Assembly (NCBI RefSeq): GCF_964204645.1
Contig: NW_027437439.1
Span: forward strand, 62,001-126,000
Reading direction: 5' to 3'
Length of the DNA stretch: 64,000 nt
DNA from: Tubulanus polymorphus
Taxonomy: Eukaryota > Animalia > Nemertea
Made by a program: the position numbers and the translations under genes
Shown here: positions 23,542-32,556 of the stretch, one piece after another
How positions within the stretch are numbered: position 1 is the stretch's first letter
How the letters are laid out: each line of letters starts with the position of its first letter
Notes under the pieces: generated by a model
Databases searched by the model: none
What the model was told of the DNA's origin: nothing
Seen by the model: only the letters and a program-made list of their open reading frames with translations

Positions 23542-24558
23542 TTAGGCCCAACCTTAGCGAACTTTTGTCTTGCCCATTTTGAAAACTTGCTCCTCTCCAA
23601 AACTAATTACAAACCGACATTATACCTGAGATACGTGGACGATATTTTCGGCATATTTCGAAATGTATCCAGTTATAAACTATTTTTTGAAGAATTGAAT
23701 CGCCTCCATTCTAACCTTAAATTCACTTTTGAACTAGGTCCTAATCTATTACCTTTTCTCGATACCGAAATACAAATTCCGTTAGAAACCGGTAGTGACT
23801 TTATATCTCGAGTGTACAGGAAAGCTTCCAACACAGGCCTACTTTTGAACTTCAACGCCATGTGTCCGTATAAATGGAAAATAGGACTCATCAATACCAT
23901 GCTTTTTCGTGCCTACAATATTTGCAGTGATTGGACCATCTTTTCAGAAGAAATCAATTTCTTGAAAAATCTGTTTAAATCTAATGCGTTTCCTATTCAT
24001 GTCATCGATCAATGTATTAATAGATTTTTGAAATCAAAACAGAACTCAGAACCTCAACCGAAACCTGTTGAAGATGGAATTGATCTATTCATTTCATTAC
24101 CGTATATTGGTAACCCGTCAATCCTATTTGCCCGAAAATTAAAATATCTATTTAAAAGGAATTTTGAAATCAACTTGAAATGTGCATTCACTACGACCAA
24201 AATTAAGAATTTTTTCTCTTTGAAATGTGCTACCCCTAAATCGCTGAAGGCTAAAGTCATATATAAATTTAATTGTTTATGTGATATAAACACTTCCTAT
24301 ATTGGGAAAACTAAACGACATTTGGCCATCAGGATTAAGGAACACAGATCAAAGACTTCTGCGATTGGACAACATCTCGCAATTTGTCACACTTGTGATC
24401 AGGAATTCAGTAACAACAAATTCAAAATTCTAGACAAAGGTTCATCTGATCTCGACTGTAAAATTAGGGAGGCCCTGTTTATTAAAGCGCAACGACCCTC
24501 TTTAAATCAACAATTATTTCAAAACGGCTCATCCTTTATCCTAAATGTATTCAAATAA
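23542..24558 (+). CDS. Penelope RT C-terminal part plus GIY-YIG endonuclease (5'-truncated, open frame)
   Basis: LGPTLAN...YLRYVDDIF, LPFLD, VYRK; VIYKFNC...SYIGKTKRHLAIRIKEH...REALFI...PSLN. Confidence 0.92.
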   Translation, partial: LGPTLANFCLAHFENLLLSKTNYKPTLYLRYVDDIFGIFRNVSSYKLFFEELNRLHSNLKFTFELGPNLLPFLDTEIQIPLETGSDFISRVYRKASNTGLLLNFNAMCPYKWKIGLINTMLFRAYNICSDWTIFSEEINFLKNLFKSNAFPIHVIDQCINRFLKSKQNSEPQPKPVEDGIDLFISLPYIGNPSILFARKLKYLFKRNFEINLKCAFTTTKIKNFFSLKCATPKSLKAKVIYKFNCLCDINTSYIGKTKRHLAIRIKEHRSKTSAIGQHLAICHTCDQEFSNNKFKILDKGSSDLDCKIREALFIKAQRPSLNQQLFQNGSSFILNVFK

Positions 24559-24666
24559 TTAGTTTGTAATTAAATACTTGGTTTGTAATTAGCTTAGAAT
24601 TTAGCACTTGTAATTTTGTAACTTATGTTGTATATAAACCTGTAGTTTAATCATTTGATCCACTTG

Positions 24667-24714
24667 TATTTCACCTGATGAGGGGATATGATCCCGAAAA
24701 CGTTCGTGTTAATA
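24667..24714 (+). ncRNA. Minimal type I hammerhead ribozyme in the Penelope pLTR
   Basis: cac-CTGATGA-g-gggat(atg)atccc-GAAA-acgt-TC-gtg. Palindromic stem III (aacgtt) is typical of dimeric PLE hammerheads. Predicted cleavage after C24705. Confidence 0.85.
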
Positions 24715-26157
24715 AACTGTAGTTACTCATTAGAAAATGAGGTTTTTAATGTTATCGCTTCTATGGTTATTCGGATATTTGAACTCTCTTCCTAAGATAT
24801 ATTTTATTATGGTGATCACTTTCTGTTCTAAAAAATAAATCTATTTGTTTAATCCACATATAATGATTCTCATAATATAGTATATCTATAACATCATTTG
24901 AATCATAATCTTTTGATAGGTATAAAGGTTCTAATGTATAATGTTTAATATTATTTCCTTTTGTATTTGGTAATTTAATTAAATCAAATACATTTATCTT
25001 TAAATTATTATCTCTTTCTATTTTGGGGATGTTTTTAATTCTAACAGGATACTTATCTATCTTATAATTATTTTCAAATGGTTTATAATGAGTTAATCTA
25101 AAACTATGTGTAATATCTTCTGTTGGATGTAAACAACTTATTATAGCCCATAGAAAACATTTATCATCTTCATTTTGTATATTTATTACAGCATTAGTTT
25201 TAAATGGTAGTTTAATATAACTTGATGCTTCAATATCTGGTTCTTTATAAAATGATACATTATTTTCATCAATTGGTTTTGATTTAGTTAACTTATTATA
25301 TTTTGTGTTATAAACATGTAAAGTTATAAATATTATCTCATCAAATATTAAACCAGATCCTTCAAAATATTTCTCTTCTATTTTAGTTTTTATTTCATTA
25401 TAACATTTATTTAATTTATCATCTATATGTTGTTTAGATATAATATGTTGTGAATGAGAATTTATATTATATATTGGTTTATCTTCAGATTTTATAAACT
25501 TTACTTTAACTGATATACTTATTTTAGGATATTCAACATCTGTAATTATTTTTATTATTTCTTTCATATTTTCTAAATGTTTTTTATTTTCTTCTATTGT
25601 TTTACTTTTATGAAATTTAAACTCAATAGCTGCTGGACCAATATCACTTTTAAATGCTTCGGTTATCTCTATATCTTTTTTATTATCTAATGAATTAATA
25701 TAATTTCTTACATCTTCCATATATGGTCTTTTATTGTTTAATTTATTTTTTATTCTTTTAATTGTCTTCTGTTTCTTATCGTTATCATTATCAAAATAAT
25801 CTTCACCTAAAATATCATTATTCTTATTTCTAATATGACTTATAGATTTTAAATGTTCTTTATAATATCTTTTATCACTGAATGATTGATTACATGTATC
25901 ACATTTATATGTTTCTTTTTCATTCTTTAATTCTTCTAATTTAGTTTCTAATATATCATCCTTATATTCTAGTTTCAATTTATTCTCTAAATGTGTTCTA
26001 GTTTTATTGTGTCTTGCTTTTTGAGACTTGTCTATATCGATATTACATGTTGGGCAGTAGTATTTATTTGCTACCATTTTAATACTATATTTTTTATTAA
26101 AATTGATTTTAGAAGTTCAATGATTTAAATGTTATTCATATATGTGAATATTTTAAG

Positions 26158-26338
26158 AGTAATAGGGATAATAGGCTTTCGTATCAAAGGTCGAAGGGGT
26201 GAGTGAGTAAAAATGAAAATAATAATTTACAGTTGAATTAGGAGTGTGCGCGACTAATTCAACTGTAAATTATTATTTTCATTTTTTACGAGCTCGACCG
26301 TTCGACCTTTGGTATGAAAGCCTATTATCCCTATTACT
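26158..26338. repeat. Right terminal imperfect palindrome (181-bp fold-back hairpin)
   Basis: agtaatagggataataggctttc...aaaaatgaaaataataatttacagttgaattag, loop gagtgtgcgcga, then ctaattcaactgtaaattattattttcattttt...gaaagcctattatccctattact. Confidence 0.95.
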
Positions 26339-26897
26339 TCCATTCTAACAACAATTTACATCGCCCGCTAGAAATCATGAATTCATAACCTGCTTGAGTT
26401 GGTAATTCTTTTACTGCATGTTTGTGACATCTATGTAAGATTTTCGAGCGTTCTTCAAAACGATATATGATATAAACCCGACTACCTCGCACTCCATCGA
26501 CGTTACTCCTAAACAACAACGAAATCAAACCATTACTGAGGATATCAAGTCGTTTTCTTCCGGTAGCGCAGAGTTTGTTGTCGGACTCACCGACGAGAAG
26601 GTAGTTTTCGTTACAGAATATCGACGGCTCGATGTCGTAATAAACGTGAACGAGAAAACTTCCCGGTAAAGAGCTGTTGACGAACCAACGACATTCAACA
26701 CCGCGAACTAACGACGGATAGTTCGGTGAAACGATGTAACCAGACGTAGAATCGACGGAGTATTGAGTGTTGTTAGATGATGAACTGACTGTAACAGACG
26801 CGGCTTCCTCGACAGAGTTTGCGCGATCAGCCCGCGTAAATATACAGTCTCCGCAAGCGATCAGTAAAACTACGAACAACGCTTTCATTCGCTGCAT
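26339..26897 (-). pseudogene. GRL101-like GPCR copy 1: signal peptide plus first CUB domain, truncated by the Polinton right end
   Basis: Near-identical to exon 1 of the copies starting at 38776 and 53334 up to ...CKLLLEW, where the Polinton terminus begins. No continuation beyond the left end. Confidence 0.9.
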
Positions 26898-28459
26898 ATT
26901 GAACACAATTCACGCATTAAAACAAACACATTTCTAACTATTTCCAAGTTTGCGCGATATTTCTCATAAGAGTCGTTGCAAAGTAATGACAAGTTGTCAG
27001 AATGTCAGAAGTTGACGAATTGATCGAGTCCAATTATTTTGTATAAAGATCTCTCATCAAACTGGCACCAGACTCGTATTTCTGTTACTTTCATCTGTTC
27101 TCGGTTTCCCTGTAATTACCGCGGTTTCTAAATTTAGACGTGTTTCAATATATCGTGTTTATAATCGTGTGCAATTATTTCTCTAAAAATATATTTACTG
27201 TCGCTCCCGAACTGCGTTCAGTTTGTGATAATATTCTATGACATTTTCTATCTTTACCTCAAAATATTCTGCGTCTCTGTAAAACACTTCGTCAATATCT
27301 GTTTTGACTAAATTCGCTCTACAGTCAATATAATAACTGAGTTGAAGCTAAGTGAAGCGCGTGGATATCTGATTGTGGTGGGGAAGAAGTCTTTCGGAAC
27401 AGATTGTTTTGAAGAAACAACAGCAACCAAGTAAGACGGGGATAACAGTTGTAGAATAGAAACAAAGAAATGTTTGGAATCTTTAGTTAGGAAACGGTTA
27501 CAATTACCCCGGCGAGAATCTGACTCGCGCACTCTGATTCGCTCCGTTTTAAATTTGTCCCGTTCCAGAGCTGGACCCGTTTAGAACGGTCTAACTGGTT
27601 CGTACTGTGAACGCGACGAAATTCAAACCAATAATAAATGAGGTGAATTGATAATTCCTAAACTTATGATCATCATTTAAAAACGTTTGATTTCACTCAA
27701 TCTATGTACATTACAGTCCGTTTGGCATTTTTACTTGGATTTTACGGATCAGTAAAATTCATCGTACTGAATTGTTTTTTATTCCTCCTTCCTCTTTCGG
27801 CACAATTTTTCAACAAAGAAAATTCTGTTATTCCTTCTCAGGTTTCAATCCAGTTACTTATAAAAGTTATGTTCATCTTAATTTTCAATCTCATGATTTG
27901 CGAAAACTAGTTCTTTTTTCATTTTTCCCATTGTTTGAATCAACTTAATCACAATTTCCAATTATTTCCGTTTTTTTGCGGTCCTTTGATGTTTTTTGTG
28001 TCGAATACTCTAATAATAAAAAAACTTCATTTTGATCCAATTTGTCTCCCTCTGTTTTGGAGCGCCTACATGTATGAAGGCAAAAAATGATGATCTTATA
28101 TGTTCGGTCACCGATAGTTGTGGAAATGTTTGTGTTTGTGTTTCTTAATAATGATTATTGAGAATAAGTTGGCGCCAGCGGCAGATTCAACTTTTAAGTA
28201 TCTGATATAATTTGCTCTTCTGGTACGAAATTAGCATCTTTTGATAATAGGTTTAACTCAGATATATTAAAGGACTTTAAAATATTGTATTATTTCAACA
28301 CTGGTGTATAATCGGTCCGTGAAAAAGAACATATTTCAATATTCCCCAATCAACTGTGTTTATGCATTATGGTGTTATATTTTTGGTAGGAGGTGCTTCG
28401 TCTCTCGTGGTAGAGACTGTTATATAATGATGATTTTCTTAATAGCCTGTTTAGTAATC

Positions 28460-28620
28460 GCTTCAAATGCTAGTTCATAATCCACTATAGGCCTATCAGT
28501 CGATTTACCAAGGTCAAAGCATCTGTTCTAATCACCTATGGTTTGGATAAAGTAGGCCAGATTGACTGTTTGTAGTCCTTCCTTTTATAAAACCGTGTTG
28601 ACCGTTGAACAGGATTCTAA
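28460..28620 (-). mobile_element. Highly decayed CR1/L2-type LINE reverse transcriptase fragment
   Basis: Minus strand reads QHGFIKGRT..VNLAYFIQTI...DLGKSTD...VDYELAFE, resembling QHGF..GRST.TNL / D..Y.DF.KAFD. Confidence 0.45.
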
Positions 28621-29469
28621 ATTCCCTTCATTTTCAATGATATGGTGCGGATGCGTCAGCGTACGCGCTATCGTGGTCAACACGGTACAACAACAAGAAT
28701 ACGCGCCTAATTCCAATATTCAAATGGCAAAATCTAAAACAACACATCAAACTCTCAACTTCGATCAATTCAACGAAATCTTGATTTAAAAAGTGGACCA
28801 TAAACAACTATCAATCATAAAACTAGTTTATTTGTTGATTGTAATCTGCTTGTAATTGTTACATATGACATCCATCCGCCTTTGATCTAATGTTATTTGT
28901 TATATGAATCTGTATGCGAGGGGAATGAATGATGTGTGATGTGTGTTTTAAGGTGGCCCAATGCTCCAAACAAGCATTCGTGCTTTCTATTGGGCTATCC
29001 TTCACTACATATTATAACATCTTGTCGACTCTTTATTCATATTTATATCTGTTATAATTTCTCTTGAAAATAAACTAGTATATATATAATACGAACAAGG
29101 CTGTGCAGAAAATCCGTTATCGCTGCCTTGCAGCTATATTTACTATCGCTATTAACTTGTTAATAATATCGTTTCGGCAATGTAGACAAATAAAATACTT
29201 ATTCCATTCTATTCTGCAATAGCTACGGTACGCCAACGAGGAAGAGATGACCTCCAGTGCGCCAGTAGAAGCTGTATAACGTCATCAATATATCGCGACT
29301 GGACTGGTTACTGGTCAATTCAATAATCGATTTTTTTTAATCCAAAATTACTTTATTGATCCTAAATACTAGCTAACTTAATATCATGTTTTTCATTGTC
29401 GACAATATAACGCAATATATGTGTTATTTCTAAATGCGTCTAAACTTTCAAGTTAGTTTTCTTGTTTAC

Positions 29470-30391
29470 CTGTGTTGTTGAGATCCGCTGAAATGTGTTC
29501 CTGATATTCGTAAAACCTGACATGCGGCATCAACATGAACAGCATGAAAATACACAATCTAAAAGCGCTTCCCAGACAGTGCACGTATTTACTCCTAGCC
29601 CAAATCAGCTTCGACCAGGCCTCGATCGACGGGTTCTTCAAACAGGCGCTGGCGTGCATCTTCTCCAGCACCGAATCGGCGTCGTTCAAGACGAAAAACC
29701 AGTGCGGCGATTTATCGTAACGATCGCCGTCCGCATCGTAAACCCCGAGATCGTACGAGTATACGACCTTCATGCCGTGATCGGCGGTCATCGTGCGGTA
29801 GACGCCCTCCGTGTTCAAAATAACCGAAAACAAACCGAACGTCCCCACGCGGGCGGCGAACTCTAACGGTCGAAGTTCTAGTTTATTCTCGTCCGTCAGT
29901 AGAACTGCCATATTCGGCGATATTTGGCGGTATACGAGGCGGTAGATTTCGACGAGTTTTGACTCGAGACGCGGGCACGCGGCCGCCGCCGAGACCAGCG
30001 CGTGAACGACGTTGTTACCGTTAACGTCCTTGACCAGCACGTCTGCTCCCTCGGCGATGAGATACCAGACGACATCCGAGCTGCAGAAAATACAAGCCAG
30101 AAACAGCGGGTTCGAAACCACCGACTTGTCGGCTATCTCGTCCGGGTAGCGCCGCTCGGGAACGACGACGCTAGAATCGTCGGTTAGATTTACGGTTAGA
30201 TCTGAATCGATCAAATCCGATCCTCGCTCGAGTTTGAAGAATTCGTCGCGCGTTTTCTTGACGACGCCGAGGTCGTTACGTTTGATGGCGTCCCGGAATT
30301 CGCGGGTTACACGCCTTTTATCGCTTTCCATAATTCGCGGATAAATTCTCCTGAAAAGTTCGCTCCAGTCAACTTGATCGCGAAGTGGCAA
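29470..30391 (-). CDS. Exon of a TRPV-like channel gene (ankyrin repeats, membrane-proximal domain, first TM); apparently partial
   Basis: NPLFLAC...GADVLVKDVNGNNVVHALV, NKLELRPLEFAARVG, YSYDL, W...W pre-S1 and hydrophobic S1. Donor ACAG|GTAAAC at 29470/29469. GC-rich relative to its flanks. Confidence 0.7.
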
Positions 30392-31202
30392 TCAGCTTGG
30401 AATGATTTCGCTTCAAAATCACGATTAGTTTCCGATGATTTGGCAAGAATGTCACAATCAGTTTTCAATGTGTCAATTTCTAAAGAATTTCAAATTCAAT
30501 TTTCCAACGATTTACTAGAACTTACAATCAGATTTCATTTTTCACAATCATTGTCCAACGATAATATCTGTAATGTCACAATCAGTTTTAGCACGTCACT
30601 GTTAAGTTTCTTCCGATTGTTTCGCAATAAATTCAAAATCAGTTGTCAGTTATTCCCTCCGAGATTCCGATCAGTTTTCAATATATGAATCACTCGTCAT
30701 TATCCAGTTTCCAATGTAGTCGCCATAGAAAGTTTAGTTCCTTTCGTATCATATACGATCAAGATTAAGTTGTTTTTTTTAACATTCATAAATTCAACAT
30801 AATCAAATTGTAACGGCAAATATGGAACTGGGTTCGACCGGCTCCCGAAGTTGACGAAATGCTAGCGATGATAAAGTACAACTGGTTGCCAGATCCCAGA
30901 ACTGTGTGACAAACATTCACTGATGAAAAACGCGATTAAAATGACTGTTCAAGTACGTCGCGCACTGGTACGTACATACGAGCTGACGTGTGGAGAGGTG
31001 TTGTATCGATACAGATTCGTTTCAAACGTATTTTATAACTCATCATCGCGGTTTTATTTGCATTTATTACGAGTAATTTATCCGCTGATATGATCGCCGG
31101 CTCGCTGGTGCGTTCGTATAATATGTGGTAAAATATTTATACATCGCTATGAAACGATGTATCTAACCGTGATGTTTATCACTGGCTGTGATATTTGTTA
31201 TT

Positions 31203-31331
31203 GGAGAGGGAAAGGGAGAGGGGGCAGAGGGAGAGGCAGAGGCAGTGGTAGAGGCAGAGGCAGGGGCAGAGGCAGGGGCAGGGGCAGGCACAGAGGCAGG
31301 GGCAGGCGCAGAAGCAGAGGCAGGGTCAAGG
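31203..31331 (+). repeat. Purine-rich (AGAGGC/AGGGGC)n hexamer repeat
   Basis: About 20 degenerate hexamers; produces spurious RG- and AEAG-rich ORFs. Confidence 0.85.
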
Positions 31332-32556
31332 GCGGTTTGCTATCATCAAAACTATGAACAAATGAAAGTTAGTATTAATAAACTGTGAATCTGTTTCTGA
31401 GATTAAAACTGAAATATATTTTTGAACCAGAGGTCACCCCGGAAACAATGAACTGCACCAGACGTTAGATACATTCAATCAGCAGCCTTTCAATAGTGAT
31501 CGCTTGAAGCGATGTGGTTCCATGGATACAAAATGATACCCGCATTAAGCGTACGTAATACAATGGATACTCGGTACCGGCAACGCCCCAATATACTCGA
31601 ATATAGTCAACTTTCGAAATGAAATCTGATAAAACATGATTAATTTGTGAGAGAAATAAATAGAGAAATAGGGAAATCCACTATTCTGTTTAAATCACAT
31701 ATCGCGTGGTATATCCGTTGAGAGTCTGTCTCATCGGTAGCGATCATATTACACAAGTGCATATCAGTTTTTGATACTTTGATAATATGACTTCGAAATA
31801 AAACATTTGATTTTCAAGGATTTAATCATGCAAGGGAAGAGCAAGTAGATAAAAGTGATAGTGAATATATATAGTCTATTAAGCATTAAACTTGACTTCG
31901 TATTCTATAGAAAATTGATTGCATATATCGATTATTATATTCAATGCTTCTGATATTTTGCATGAGGTATATTGCACTCTATTTTACTTGGCAATTTCGT
32001 TAACCCGAATCGGTCACCATACGATTCGGTGGTGGCTGAAAAATACTTTCATCCGGTGGCACATTTGGTATAATAGTATAGTATTTATTTTTCATTAGGT
32101 CGTTACATTATTACATTATTGATATCGCATGATATACAGTGACAAAAATGTAACAAGAAAATGTGGGCTACACGAAGAGACCACAAAGATCTATCGGAGC
32201 CGTGCCGCCCTAAAAAAAAAATCAAACCAATCACTCTTACACACACGCTCACACTATCTCAATTTCACTGGTCAGTAAAGGGCTCACCGAGCCCCTTAAA
32301 TCCACATCCTGAAGTAAATACTATTGCATTTAACAAACAATCTACAATTAATCTAATAGCTACGAAAATAACACTATTTCATATGAATTGTTCAGATAAA
32401 GTAGTGATGAAAAAACTGAATGGACCACGGGCCCAAAGGTCGTCGTTAATATCTTTCCTTTGTTCTTTAGATTCATTACTAGAGTTTGGTGCGCGACCAT
32501 GAACATTAAAACGATTCGTTTCAAAGCTCATTTATTGCTACTGAAGTTTTCTTAAT

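Larger units (their letters stand above)
23428..24794 (+). mobile_element. 5'-truncated Penelope-like retroelement with inverted 5' pLTR copy and 16-bp target-site duplication
   Basis: TSD agatatattttattat at 23412-23427 and 24795-24810. 23426-23539 is the reverse complement of 24663-24776. RT plus GIY-YIG ORF. Confidence 0.94.
20671..26077 (-). pseudogene. polB: Protein-primed family B DNA polymerase (zinc fingers, terminal-protein/OTU region, exonuclease, endonuclease VII insert, polymerase); interrupted by a Penelope element and a frameshift at about 21300
   Basis: NEDDKCFLWA/ENHY (OTU-like Cys-His), YGDFES (Exo I), CYYC...RDHDHLNGKFRGAAHENCN (endo VII), FHNLSGYD (Exo II), YIDANNLYG, KLMNNAFYGK, YLDTDS. 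The reading frame HHNKIYL|CRKCLHKF is restored when the insert and one TSD are removed. Confidence 0.95.
2502..26338. mobile_element. Polinton/Maverick (adintovirus-like) endogenous element, near complete but inactivated
   Basis: Ends 5'-AGTAATAGGG...CCCTATTACT-3' with about 47 bp of terminal inverted identity (AG...CT termini). Encodes pPolB, rve integrase, A32-like ATPase, and major and minor capsid proteins. Intronless and much more AT-rich than its flanks. Several nonsense and frameshift lesions. Confidence 0.96.

Noticed and set aside
31157-31388. RG-rich or AEAG-repeat proteins
   Set aside because: Products of a hexamer simple repeat with no supporting gene structure.
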